Source of the DNA: Antedon mediterranea
Taxonomy: Eukaryota > Animalia > Echinodermata
Direction of reading: 5' to 3'
Assembly: GCF_964355755.1 (NCBI RefSeq)
Contig: NC_092671.1
Coordinates: 27,230,070 to 27,294,069, forward strand
DNA length: 64,000 nucleotides
Shown in pieces: positions 23,025-36,772 of this stretch. Numbering within the stretch: position 1 is the first letter of the stretch; every line of letters starts with the position of its first letter. The notes below the pieces were generated by a model. It had not been told where the DNA came from and did not search any database. It was given only the letters and a program-made list of their open reading frames with translations. The position numbers and the translations under genes were made by a program.

Positions 23025-24002
23025 ACTAGAGGGTACAAACCTCCGCCTACTGTAAAATATCCCTACATAAAATGTCCCCGGAAAATATATATATATTTTT
23101 TTTAATTTTTTTTTATTAGTTCTAAGTGTAAATAGGCTAACTGCCCACTACAAAGTTGTGAATGAGAGTTTGGTGTATCTGAAAAGTATATTAAAAAGTG
23201 GTCCAGAATTGGGACTGTGGTCCGAAATGGTCCCAACATTTAATGGAATGATCCTTGACCACATATCTATCTGTACATTCATTTTGGTAAAGATCTTGTA
23301 ATTTACCTCCGCCAAGGAGGTATATGTAATCGGTAGCGTGTGTTTATTTGTTTGTTTGTTAGCAGGATTATTAAAAAAAGTAAGATCTTTACCAAAATGA
23401 ATATACAGATAGATATGTGGTCAAGGACCATTCCATTAAATTTTGAGACCATTTGGGACCATGGTCCCAATTCTGGACCACTTTTTGAGTATACTTTTCA
23501 GACCTGCTAGTGTTAAAAGATAGGACAGAATTTTTCAAAAGCCGGCGAGCAGTCTTAAAGTAACAAGTAAACTGAAATTGCATTTTCTCAAGAACTACTT
23601 GTCCAAAAAACTTCATTTTTGTACAAGAGGCAAGAGTTATAATTTTTGATTTGTAATTTTAAAACATAATTTGATTTAATCAAATTCACTCGTTTGATTT
23701 TTGCGTTGCTGTTCTATTGTTAGTCAACTAAAGTTATTGTTAATTGAAAGGCTTGTTACATAACCATTACACCAAACTCGCATACACATGCTTGTAGTGA
23801 AATTATCACAAACAGCATTAAGACACACACATACATATATATATTTTTTTTTTACCGGAGAAATCTTATGTAGGAAAATGTTACAGTAGGCGGAGGTATG
23901 CACTCTCGGAGTGGCTTTCTAGTTACTTTTTGAGTAATCCTCCTAACAAACAAACAGACAAACACACGCGATAGATTACATATACCTCCTTGGCGGAGGT
24001 AA
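23025..24002. mobile_element. Two nested, oppositely oriented HINE/DINE-1-like (Helentron-associated) elements
   Basis: Inner + copy 23303-23923: TTACCTCCGCCAAGGAGG, (GTTT)n, ...GGCGGAGGT, hairpin CACTCTCGGAGTG, CTAGTT. Outer copy has the same ends on the minus strand and is split at a TT site. Confidence 0.75.
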
Positions 24003-26501
24003 AATATGTTGGTTAATCGCAAAAATACACAAAATCTAACATACCTATTTAATTATAAATCCCATCATGCCCATTTTTTCACCAGTTAATTGTATAATAT
24101 AAATACACAATTTTCAATCAAAATGTTTATTAAAAGTATGTTTTTGTTACCATAGAAATATGTAATAAATAAAAATATGTTGAATCGTAACAATTATTTG
24201 CAGGATCAATTTTCTTTTTCAAACTGTCGAAATTACAGCATGTGTTCATTGAAGAATTTGATTCTGATAATTTTCTTTTATATTCTCTTCCATGACTGTA
24301 GAGATTATTAAATACCTTTAACTAAAATAAATTCACTTTTTAAATAAATATTAACTGAAGAAAATGCAAACACAGATTTTTTTAGCAGTATAACAGTTTT
24401 TAAATGAATCAATTAAAACTAAAAACCTACAAAATATGATTCCTTTCATAATCCTCAATTAATAACCACCCAATATCCCTTGAAAATAAGTGGACCTGTC
24501 CATAATGTATTTAACTTTCATGGTACGGACGATTCCATTTATCATAATAGGGATGTTGAGCATTTCAAACTAATATGTTTTAAAAATAATAAAGTACATA
24601 TTAATATTATTAATTCGGAACGTTATGAATAGCAAATATATTAATCATAATTATAATCAATGTTGGTTAAAATTTAATATAATATATAAGATTTAACCTC
24701 CAAATTTATACTGACAGTCCTCTGCAGGCAGTCCCAGGTTAGCCTCAGCCTGAGACAATGGAACTAAATGAACTGTGTGTGGCTTGATTGAGAACCGAAA
24801 AACATGTGCCTACTATTTTCCTTTTCCGTTCATTATCTCAACCAATCATTTTAATATTTTAACAACAGGTACCTTAAACATTATATTTTCATATTATTTG
24901 TGTCTTTGATTTAACATATTTCATCAACCTACCGAAAAAACGAAGACAATTTTTGAAAGTTCACAAATTCTGTTTTAGACATCGTATAATGGGATAGGAC
25001 ATGCTTTGTTGTTGTTGACAAGCTACAGCCCATTGCCTTTTACTTGGACAATCAATCTAATTGTCAATCACCAGGTTGTCACGGAAACTCCAATCAAAAA
25101 GCATCATATTTTTAGATCTCCAAAAATGGGCGGTCATAAACAAATAAAAGGGATTTCATGTTTCATGAGGTGGCCAGCTTGAGAGGGTGTTAGTAATCTG
25201 GTTGTATTTCATTGAATAATTGATATTTCTGCTAATTTTCAACAGCATTTGAAATAAGACATGTGTACCATTCCAACAATGTATTATTGCCAACAAATAA
25301 TAATCTACTAATTCAAAAATGGCATTTAAAAATGGTCAATTTTGAACTTTTAATGTGCTGTGTGTGACTTGTGAACTCAACCTGTAGGCATGCAACTGAA
25401 TACCCTCTGTTGATTCGCGTCAACCAATCAAAGGGAGAGAATCCAAAATCGTTCAACCGTGAGCCCTCATAGACTCTTTTCCCAGACGTTTTTTTGGGTC
25501 CAGCAGCTGGGATCTATAAATTATAGTCAAGTTTATAAATTCCCAAAACTGTCGGCCTTAGATACTGTAGCTACCGCAATGAAAAAGCTTCTTAATGAAT
25601 ATGTCCTCTTGGGACCATAGCTGGCTAAAGCCGCGGCGCGAAAAGTGGACATAAATCGAATGAAAAACACATTGCTGCGGAAACACGAATTGTTAAGATG
25701 TTTTCATGTTCAACAATGTATCAAACCATTTGGAATTGTTTTGTTTGTGTGTATGTTTTTTTTCATTGACATTTTTTTTATTTCAATGGTTTTAATATTT
25801 TGCAATTTTTGGAGTTTGGGAGATTTGTTACCTATTTACTACTTTTGTGTGTGGTCTAGCAATAACTTGTGCTCCGCACGGTCTTGCCTGCCTTAATAAT
25901 CATTTGCATGGGATGACATTTAATGCATATTCCTTTTAGCCGTGTCGACAGAACACCATATACATTTAATAATCTAAATTGCAATCATATTGATATTTTT
26001 AATGATAGGCTTGGTTATTTTAAGACGAAGATTATGTGTTCACTTCTTGAACTGCAGCCTGCATAACCTGTTTGATCAATATACATTTTAAATTGAAATT
26101 GTTTATGGCATGCTGATGTATGTTTATATATATATTTATATAGTTATATCTGTATTTTATTGTTAACCGTAACGTTTACTTCTAAGATAATCAATAAAAT
26201 ACCTCAATTAAAAGATGATATATACTGTATATTGTAGCCTACAAAAATAATTATTCGTTTGAAATTATTACTACTGTAGTATTGTACTACATGAATATTT
26301 TAGCTTATAATCTTTTTACTCATCCTAAGTATGTACAATGAAGTAAAATATTACAATCATAACAATTGATTATTTATTGTAGTCAAAACTTGAATAATTC
26401 ATCAAAGTAAGTGTAGTAAATATATTATTTATTTCATTTTGTTTTCGCAATGTACAGCAGTAGCCGCTTTTTCGGTTTACATTGGTCTAGGCCTAATTAA
26501 T

Positions 26502-26568
26502 ATGAATGGTTTCACGATTGTTATTATTTGTATGTTTGTCACTAGTCATGTATCGAGCAGAATAGTAG
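26502..26568 (+). pseudogene. C-type lectin/PAN-like gene copy 2, exon 1 (signal peptide MNGFTIVIICMFVTSHVSSRIV-G)
   Basis: ATG 26502, donor G|gtgagt, paralogous to 540-609. Confidence 0.85.
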
Positions 26569-26709
26569 GTGAGTACAAGGAAATACTTTTGTATCAAAAA
26601 CTTTTTAAACAGAAAGGCTATAATGATTTTTTGATTCACCCAATTTTATTCACTTCTTTTTCCCTTCCTTGTATAGGCCTGTTATTTTTCTAATCTAAAT
26701 ACTAGTAAA

Positions 26710-27480
26710 TGAACTTTCATTCCGAGAAAGAGAAGATCTGTCAATTGACCTATCTATTTCTGATTCCCTATTTATTGAAATTGAACCAAAATCAGCCAAA
26801 AACATTATTGTTGGCACTATTTATAGGGCCCCATCACTGGATACGAATGCATTCCTAGATAAAATAGAGCTATTACTTAGTAACCTTTCAAATGAGAACA
26901 AAATTGTTTTCTTACTAGGTGATTTTAACATTGATATTTTAAAATACGAATCAAGTAATCATTCTTTCAATTTGATAAATACCATGTTTAGCAACTTATT
27001 CACCGCCCCACTAGAATTACTGCTTCATTGTTGGACAATATAATTACCAACCAAACGGAATTTCCCAACCACAATGGAATAATTTATAGTGATGCCACTG
27101 ACCATTTACCTATTTTTAACATTTCTTCCTTAGCAAAAATTTTCCATAATTCGAGATCTGAACATTCAATGTTGTATACTAGGATAATTAACGAGCGCAA
27201 TATTGAAAGTTTTAAGTTAGATTTGCAAAATTATTTTTTTTAGTTATTTTCTTATTTAGTTTAACCCATGTTATGTAAATTTATATCTTGTTATTTCTTT
27301 ATTTTATTTTTTATTTTCTTTTTCTGTGTGGTTTAAATCTCATCTTTGTTTAGGCATGTCTGTCACAAGCTATTTTTGAACCTGCCTTCTTCAATTTAAT
27401 TACCTTTCTTTAGGCCTACACCATTTTGTATATTGTTTTAATTTGAAGAATATAAATGTTACTTTGAATTGAATTGAATA
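26710..27480 (+). mobile_element. L2/Crack-like LINE remnant: endonuclease fragment joined to a 3' UTR/tail
   Basis: LFIEI...NIIVGTIYRAP...LLGDFNIDIL...PTRIT..LLDNI...TDHLPIF; ends AATATAAA...(TTGAA)n at about 27478. Confidence 0.8.
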
Positions 27481-27869
27481 GTACAACAAGCATACAACGA
27501 TTCAGGATGACCCAATTTTTTCTTAAATAAGATTATAGTTTCCATTTTTTAGCCATTTTTTCTCTTTTGTGGTGTTAATCTACCACATTTATTCATTCAT
27601 CATAATTATTACAAATACATATTACTCTTTTTTTTTTCATTATTTCTTGAATTTAGGATACTCAATGTAATAGTAAATAAGTAAGTAAAAATGCATATAA
27701 TAATGTTTGCAATACAGTGTAGTATATACATCGGTATATCTAAAATGGCTATATAAAATATCTCATCAGGAGGTGGGAACGCCATGAATGAATAATAAAA
27801 AGTATCTTATATATTGTAAATTAATATTTTAAATACTGTATATATATTAAATTTAATAATGTTTGCAGA

Positions 27870-28170
27870 TGATAAGAATATGTTTTTACAAAAAATGATA
27901 TTTTCACTGCCTTTACAATAATGACAAATGAACTAAATAAAATTGTGAAATGGTGTAAAACTAATAGATTAACTATTAATACAACCAAGACTACGTATAT
28001 GTTATTCAGTGGAAAGAATAGGCCTACCAACATTGACACATCCCAATTTGTACTTTCAATAAAAAGAGTTTCAATAGACAGAGTACAATATACTAAATTT
28101 CTCGGTGTCATCATTAATGAAAAACTGAACTTTAGACACCATACAAATGAATGTTGTGTGAAAAAATAAA
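27870..28170 (+). mobile_element. LINE RT C-terminal fragment
   Basis: ELNKIVKWCKTNRLTINTTKTTYMLF...TKFLGVIINEKLNF. Confidence 0.8.
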
Positions 28171-30383
28171 TAAGAAAGAATCAAATATATGAATTTACAT
28201 AAAAAACTAGCACCATTTTTATTGCAGATTTTTTTTTCGCTTTTGTTGTGTAACATAAACTGAATATATTTAAAATTAATTCATGCAATATAATTATGCT
28301 ACATTGTATGGTAAAATAAATATAATAAAACACATTTAAATCAAACCTACGGCAGTCATATCAACTACGTCATTAGATTTAAATACCACCACCCATGGAT
28401 TTTGACAAAACGGTTTTTTTAATCATTTTATATTTTTATTTTATAAATAGAATAGGTAGCGATTGTACATAATCGGTTTTTTGTACAATTTCCGCTACCA
28501 AGAATGAGCTCTTTAAAAGAGCTTTTACTACCATCAATATTTTTTTTTAAATGTATATATTTCCCCATAATTTCTTGTTACCTGGACATTCAAAGAACAT
28601 GTGTTTTTAATCGTCTAAAGCATCACAATTATTGCATTTACTAGTACTCTTAATATTCCACATATATAATCGATTATTGGTAGGAATAGTTCGATTCAAC
28701 AATTTATAATTCAATTGTGCATATTTTTGGGTTTTTTTTCATTTAATACTTTTTGTTTCCAAATTTCTGACAATTCTATTGTATTTTTAAAAACATTCTC
28801 CCATTTACGTATACATTGAGGAGGAATAAAAATGCTTTTGACAAAGTATAAATATTCATCTTTTGTAGGCGTTTCTAGAACTTGTATCGATTACGTCACA
28901 TTTTGTAACCATATTATTTACATGTTTATTGTTTTTCTTAATAACATTTATCCACATTTTTGGAATTGCCTCAACAAGTGTAGTGTATTCACTAATCCAA
29001 TTTCTTTTTATACCCAAATTATTCTTCATTTCACTTGGGTTTAAAAAACGATTAAAGGAAACAATGTGTTTCACTTTTGTAAACCGTGATGAAACCCAAT
29101 TTTTATAAAATAAAGCCTTGTTATTTATTTTAATATTATTATTTCACCATAAATATTGTTCAACAATATGTTCATAATTACTGATAGTTTCAACATTCGT
29201 CAACATTGTTAAAATCAACGCAACTTTTAAATAAAATAATGGTATACCTTGAAGATCTTCTGATTATTGAGATTTATGCCCGACATACTGAATATTTCTA
29301 TTTTTACCTATCCACATAGCGTTTGTTTTATGCTCATTTAAACACATACCAGACACTTTACAAAATTCTTTTACAATTTTCACACTCCTAGTTATACTTT
29401 TGTCATTTCTGACAAACAACACCGTATGCCAGCTGTACAATACGCACCTCTTCAAAACTACAATCTTTTTTAGGAGCTGGTATTCCTTTATAGATTAAAT
29501 CATTCCTTATATTACAAGCCATTACTTCTGTTGTAAGGATAAATAGCAAAGCTGACAATGGACAACCTTGTCTTATTCCACCTTCCATTTTAAAAGTATT
29601 CGATGTCCATCCATTATTTATAATGATACACTCTGTGTTACTATATAATGTTTTTACCCATTTACTGTACTAAAAGATTCGCCAACATTTTCTTAATACA
29701 CTGAACACATACTCCCTGCTAACAGAATCGAAAGCTTTTTAAAAATCAATTGATATTATAGCACCTTCTGTTTCTGTTTCTTCGGTATACTGAAGAATGT
29801 CATTAATCATTCGAATATTCTCGCCAGAGAATCGACCCTTAATATAGCCTTTTTTGGTCCTCATTAATTAAGTTTTGAAGTCTTGAACATAGTATGTGAG
29901 TTAGAATTTTATAGTCTGTATTAAGCAATGTAATAGGCCGCCAGTTTTCTAGCAATTCTTTGTCACCTTTTTTGTACAATAGTTTAATGACACCCTGTTT
30001 TTGTGCTCATTTCTTTTTTACAATAACAGTAATTTAAAGCACTACAGACACTTTCTTTAATTTCTTCCCAAAAACATTTATAAAATTCTACTGTCAAACC
30101 ATCGCATCCTGGTGCTTTGTTTGATTTCATACTCTATATTGCCTTTTCACATTCATATAAGGTAAAACTACCCTCACATAAACTCTTTTCTTTTTCTCTT
30201 AAACATGGTATATATGATATGATTTTATTTCATTAAGAGGAATCTATTTCTTTGCATAAAGCTGTTTATAAAACCTAACCTCTTCTTGAAAAATATCTTT
30301 AGAGGTTGTTATAATTTCCGTTCAATTTTTTAAGACTTTTTATAATCTTTTCCAAATTTAAAAAGTATATCCACTTTACCCTT

Positions 30384-30595
30384 TTGCTGTTTTTTGTAAT
30401 TTTTATTGTTGCTTTGTTTGTCTTTTTTGCTGTTCTTTCAAAGGACCTCATTGGAAACAAGTCCGTAGAGGACTTTTATGAGTTATCCTTGGCATCCTTG
30501 TTTTATATTGGTCTTTTTATATTTGCCAATTTTAATTGTATGTCTGTGATATTTTATGTACTGATGCCGAAATAAATCAAATCAAATCAAATCAA
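30384..30595 (+). mobile_element. Short LINE 3'-UTR insertion inside the L1/Tx1
   Basis: AATAAA + (AAATC)n tail, TSD ACCCTT at 30378 and 30596. Confidence 0.75.
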
Positions 30596-31099
30596 ACCCT
30601 TCAACGTACGTATGCAACTTTTGTTTAATTATCATAAATGTTTTCTAACTCTTTAGTTTTTGTTTCAATGTTTATTTCTATGATTTCTTTAGAGCAACTA
30701 TATAATAATGCATCATTTAATTGCTTTATTTCTTTTTTGTAGTATCTCTTTTTGTTTATTTTCTTTTTATTTATTTTCTTTCCATATAGAATTGATATAT
30801 TCTTAACTCTGATTTTGATTAATTTCCATAATATTTCAGGGTCAAGATTATTTTCATTTATTTGTGTTTTTAAAATTATTTTCCAAATAGAATTTCGATA
30901 TTCAATATTCTGTAATAGTTCATTGTTCAGTTTCCAGTAGCTAGGGCCTTTTTTAAAATCAATAAACTCAGTCTTAATTGAGATTGCCTGATGGTCTGTA
31001 TATATTTCAGGTCTTATGTCACAAGATTTTATTCCATCATGATCAAAAATTGTTTGAGAGATTAGCCAGAAATGAATTCGTCTATATACTTGGTGGCAG

Positions 31100-31552
31100 T
31101 AGGGAGGTTTCGCAATCTTACGAATACGATAACGAAAACGGATACGTCACGCACACGTATTCGTTTTTCGAAAGCCAGTAAAAATCTGTTTCGCATGGCA
31201 ACGAAATATTGAGGGCGCCGCCCAAAATATGACTGCGGTAAATTTGAGCGAATTGCAGGTACGTGTTGCTTGGTGCTTGGCTGCCTAGGCCTAGCGTAAC
31301 ATCAAAGCAAGTGAGGACTTTAAAAACTGCTATTTATCAAATTGACCTGACATTTTAGGAAATTACTTTCAATAAAAAATTCAAATGCAAAATGTGCAAA
31401 ATAGATCAAAAACTCGTTTTGTATTTACGAATACGACTGGTGATATTCGTCAACATGAATACGCTTTACGAATATGAAATGGGGATCAGCTCAAAAGTTT
31501 CACAAATGTGTGACGCATCCGTTTTCGTTATCGTATTCGTAAGGTTGCGAAA
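31100..31552. mobile_element. MITE inside the L1/Tx1
   Basis: About 43-bp inverted repeats TTTCGCAATCTTACGAATACGATAACGAAAACGGATACGTCAC (31108) and complement ending at 31552. Confidence 0.8.
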
Positions 31553-33101
31553 AGAAAGGACATATGATTTTACTGTTATTCAGAGCATAAACAAAAACCA
31601 ATGAATTGCTATTCAAATTTACGTTTACAATTATAAACCTTCCATGTTTGTCTATATATTAAACTATGTCATGAAAGCCACATTCATCTTTAATTAAAAT
31701 TTAAACACCTGCACTGTTTGATGTTTCACAACTGTGAAAACATGCACCACCCCATAATTTATTGAAATGGTTAATAACGCCAGATGTGAAATGTGTTTCC
31801 TGGAGTAGAACCACATTGGCTTTCTGGACTAATTTATAATATTGCTTTGCTTATTCTTATTTCCTAAACCTCTCACATTTAGTGAAATACAATGTATGGA
31901 AGACATGAATAAGATAGCGTTACTTATCAGCTAATAATTTACGATAGGGTGTTACTGATATGTATTTAAGCAACAAGTACTTATCGTATTTAAGTTGACT
32001 TGCTTCTCATTCGTCGTCTCTTTTTCCCCCTTTTCTCTACAGGACTTCCAGTGTCTGTATCTACAGTACTTTATTTGATTCGTTTATGGTGTCATCTTTG
32101 CTTGATTGTGTTTCGTTTTCTTTCTGCTCTTTATCAGCATTTGTAGAGCATGAATCGATGTCAGTAGTAGTGTGCTTAATGAAAGTCTTGATGCTGCACT
32201 TTACTGTATCCCTTGTTGTGACATTGCTGATGTTTGATTTTGTGTCCTGTCTCATTGCATTGAAAACATTTCTCTCCATTAACCTGGTTTTTGTGGAACA
32301 TTCTAACTTTAAATCCATTAACCATTGTAGAGCGTGGTAAACTTCCTTTGAAGTCTTCAACGATCACGGCTCTGTCTCCATTTACGAATCTAGACAGTTT
32401 CCCGTTGATACGAAATTTAACATATTGTATGTTTCCGATTAATTTGCATCCCAAGCGCTTTAGGGCGACTCATATTTCATCATTGTGTACAGATATTGGG
32501 AGGTCTTTCACCAGCACTCGTACACCCTTATTGATAGGTAGGTATGGATTTGTGAATTGTTATATTTCTACCATTGATGTTAAGTCCAGCTGTTATAATT
32601 TTGACACGATCACTGTGATTATTTACATAAATTCTCCAGAGATTTTTTATCTTTTGTATACCTACAAGATTTTCGAAAATCGAAGCGAAATATATAGTTT
32701 CCTCGTTTAAGTAATCATCAGATCTATCATAAGCATCGCTGTCTTTGAAAAAAATCACACCTGAGAGAGTTTCGTCATCCACATTGTGACCGCTTTCAAC
32801 AGTGGCAATTACAATTATATTGTCTTCTTGTTGTTTTGGCTTGGATTGTTTGGCCCGTTGCCAATCAAAATCTAATTTAGTTATACCTTTGTCAAATAAT
32901 CAAAATAATTATATCCACTTACAATCGAAATGAATTGCCAGATCGTCACAAAAAAACTGAATTTAAAGGAGCGGAAAACAACTATACCGTAGCTAAGTCG
33001 CCTTCTCTTTTTCTTTGTTTAGCCCTTTTTACAATTAATTATTTTTACAATGTTTAATTATGGTTAAAATAAAAGAAATACCTAAATTTAATCGTTATCA
33101 G

Positions 33102-33362
33102 GACCTGGTTGTCAGGAATTGTGGTATCCGTTTGGTCGCCGTTGCTATAGATTCTTTGAGGGGACGCAGCTGAACTGGGTGGAGTCACTAGAAGTGTGCA
33201 AAGACCATTCCGCAATGTTAATTACACTGAACACTGAAGCCATGACAACGTTTATGCGTGAATTGTGCATAGATAGTGAATTGTACTGGATTGGAATTAA
33301 CGATATAGACGTTGAAGGAGTTTGGAAATGGATTAGTGGAGCCGATGATAACAATTATAAAA
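33102..33362 (+). pseudogene. C-type lectin copy 2, exon 2
   Basis: cag acceptor; GPGCQELWYPFGRRCYRFF...YWIGIND.D.EG.WKW; phase-1 donor at 33363. Confidence 0.9.
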
Positions 33363-33759
33363 GTAGGCCTACAGTATTATTATTACAGATATATTGTCTC
33401 CACTTATCAATTGTTTTTTTAAATGTTTTGACAAAAAATTGGATCCAAAGAAAAAACTGTAATTTAAAGCGAACAATACGGTATTCAATTTGACTGGAAG
33501 TCAATGTGTTTTTAACAGTATTAAAACTGCGAAATGTCCTATTCTAAATCTTCCTTCTTTTTTTTTTATTAATATTCATTTTTCATGATTTGGGGGGGAC
33601 AAAATAAGTAATAAACAAGGGGAGACAAATGTCTAACCGTCTCGTTACCCAGCTGCCTCAGATATTGTAATACAACAATACAACAACAAATTCCCATGAG
33701 AACTGTAGATCAATAAGTGTAATAAAAGCATTCCCAAATATTTATCAATTAAATTGCAG

Positions 33760-33912
33760 TGTGGCCTCCTGGTTAGCCAAACGATTACGATGGAGGCACA
33801 AGTGGCAGCTTTAGGAATTCCGCAGACTGTGGGGCCACGCGGTGTTCATCAAGTATGAGGTGGGACGATCATAGTTGCCTATCACGTGCTCACAATGCTG
33901 TCTGTGAGAAAG
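33760..33912 (+). pseudogene. C-type lectin copy 2, exon 3 with in-frame TAG (33774-33776)
   Basis: MWPPG*PNDYDG...NSADCGA...RWDDHSC...AVCEK; intact splice sites; TAG aligns with CAG (Q of QPN) in copy 1. Confidence 0.9.
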
Positions 33913-34963
33913 GTACACCTACAACTTATATTTGAAATATGTTCACAACGTTAACCTGGAAAGGACTGTTTAAAGTCCGCGCATTAAGTAGTGATCGTTA
34001 CACGTTTATTACCTTCAAACGTTACCAACATATTTCTCTGACTTACACGAACAGACAGGAAGTTATTTTAAAGTTAAAATAATCACAGAGTGTTGATTAG
34101 AAAGAATATATCCAATCATATATTTGTTTATTATATAACACCTAAATAGATTCCTGTCATTTGATTGGAAGATTGTGGGTCACACGGCGTGCAATAGCAC
34201 GCACTATCTAACGATCGTTAAATAGTACTTTCTTTTGTGTACGAAAAAAAAAAATGTTCGCGTTTGGAAAATATATTTGTTATACTATTGCTTTTGAAAT
34301 ACAACATCGCCACCTATTTTGTACTTTCGAAGATTGAATGTTATGACTGGTTTCGCGATGGAAGTATATTTTTGGAGAGATATAATGTACTAATTTAGAT
34401 CAAAAATGCATTTAAATTAGCTTTAGGTCGTTTGTAGGACTTTTTATTAATTAATGAGAACATCTCAACAAGACGTGGAATCGTTGAAAAAACATAATTA
34501 GCCTAGATGAGTTCCAGTTGCCGGTTTCATATATTGCTGCCTTTCAGCCTAGCTAGTAGGCATAGGCCTGTTAGTATAGGCTATGCCAAGGCGTTTTAGC
34601 CTTGCTAGGCCTAGGATTGTTTGGTCGTTTGTTGACATAATTAACACTAAAGTATGTGTCCATATATCCATAATCCATATACAGTATATGTATATATGTA
34701 TATAAATTATGGTTAATTCTGACATAGGCGAGCACAATGGAAAAACTTTGGGACAAATCTCTGCCTTGGATACCTACCTGATCTATCTCAGATGTACCGC
34801 GAAATGTAAATTTGATAACATTAGTTTTCACTATTAAGATATTGTTCCATATATCTATCTTAGGAAGATAATTTATAAAGAGTTTTAAAACAAAATTTCT
34901 GATTTCATCGGTAGATTTTCAACTCAATTTCAATTGTACGCGGTAATTTCCGGGTTCACGATG

Positions 34964-36283
34964 AGTCAACTCTCCCAATACCGGACACCCTTGGGCGGGC
35001 ATATATTTTCCGGTTTTTCGAAAGTCCGGTTTCCTGAAAACATATTTTCAAAGTCATCACGTTGTCACTGAAAATGCTTTGAATCACCGGTCGGAATGCT
35101 GCCCGGTGCGGTCTAGCGTAGGGAAGGCCTAGGCTATGATTGTGTCAAGCTAGTTTTAATTAAATAAATACTGATAGGCCTAGGCCTACTTTATTAATAT
35201 TAAGCTGATTCAATTTACCTTTTTTAAAAGTTACATTATTTACTGTACCAATAAAACATGTTACAATAGTAAATTATTGTTTCTCAATGTGTTTTTAACG
35301 GCAAAAAGGCCTACGTACGTACGGTGAACATAATTTCGGTCTGTTTATTTTTTTTTTTTCGTGAGCTAGCTAGCAGCAGCAGCATGGGTGATAAAAATAG
35401 CAAAGCGGGGCTTTGATTGATGCGCATGTGCAGAGGTGTCATAATCAAATAAAAACGCCCACACCTGGACCACATGTTTTTTAAGCTCCTTTATTTTGAC
35501 GTAATTTGATAGCAATGATGAAAATTGATTAGGTAAACGAGCCAAGCAATAATGACACAATAATTAATTGGTAACATTTCAAAGTTTATTAACACTAGTT
35601 AAGTCAAGTTCATTCCGTTTACGTTTTGCCATAATGATTTCCAAATTTATAATGATGCACATTTTTAGTGAAACATTCCTTTTTAAAGTCCTATTGCAAT
35701 TGTGAATTTAACAATAATTTAAACAAAACAAAGACACAAAGTGGAATGTAAATTGAACTTGAACAATTCATACGCTAAAAAACAGGGAGTTGTTAACAAC
35801 TCCCTGCTAAAAACAATAGACATTAAGACATAGCGCTTCGATGTGAAAAAGCCCTAGCCCACCGCAGTTCGATACGCAACAAAGCAATTGCCGCCTCGTG
35901 GGTTAACAATGAACTGACCTGTCAATCACAGTGTAGCGCTCCATGGCAACATTATTTGATCGTACCGCGAAACGTCGCGCACTTCATGGTCAGGGTATGG
36001 TTAAAAGCTTTTGTATATTGTGAATGTATTGAATCCGAGTCAGCGACGACGATGTTACGTTGTTTTCGTAAATATTTGGAGTTTTTTAACTGTCCGTCCG
36101 GTTTTCAGACGCTAATTTTCGTGTTTTGTACTTCATAATTTGTCCGGATTCCGGAATTGGGTATTCCGGTTTTCAAAATAAATTACAGTACATTTAGAAT
36201 AGGGACAAATTGGGCCCTCCAAAAAAGTCCGGTTTTTCGTGAATTCCGGTTTTGGGAGAGTCCGGTATTGGGAGAGTTGACTG
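34964..36283. mobile_element. Tc1/mariner-type MITE flanked by a 280-bp direct duplication
   Basis: TIR (C)AGTCAACTCTCCCAATACCGGAC and GTCCGGTATTGGGAGAGTTGACTG followed by TA; 34685-34965 is repeated at 36284-36565. Confidence 0.8.
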
Positions 36284-36772
36284 TATATGTATATATGTAT
36301 ATAAATTATGGTTAATTCTGACATAGGCGAGCACAATGGAAAAACTTTGGGACAAATCTCTGCCTTGGATACCTACCTGATCTATCTCAGATGTACCGCG
36401 AAATGTAAATTTGATAACATTAGTTTTCACTATTAAGATATTGTTCCATATATCTATCTTAGGAAGATAATTTATAAAGAGTTTTAAAACAAAATTTCTG
36501 ATTTCATCGGTAGATTTTCAACTCAATTTCAATTGTACGTGGTAATTTCCGGGTTCACGATGAGTTCACGGGTTCACCTTGCAACTACCTCGTTAGTGGC
36601 TTTAGCCATTTTAGTTTTTTGTTTATTTTCACGGAAAGCGCGTGTGAAGGTACAGTAGTTAAAAAATTAAAATTATACTGCAAATTAATAAAGATCAAAT
36701 TAAATATACGTCATAAAGCATCGGAATATATTGTGCGGAATAGTATTATAAAATTACATAGGGAGATCTGAT

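Larger units (their letters stand above)
28414..33010 (-). mobile_element. Decayed near full-length L1/Tx1 element, antisense in intron 1 of lectin copy 2
   Basis: ORF1 pieces 32782-32061 with a CFQCNETGH zinc knuckle; ORF2 from 31906 (SLNVRGL...LLQETH), KAPGCDG, WRPITLLN.DYKI, GIRQGCPLS, C-terminal CxxC...HMFFEC; many frameshifts. Confidence 0.9.

Noticed and set aside
33774-33777. Use of the TAG as an alternative splice acceptor to bypass the stop
   Set aside because: It would start in phase 0 while exon 2 ends in phase 1, causing a frameshift.
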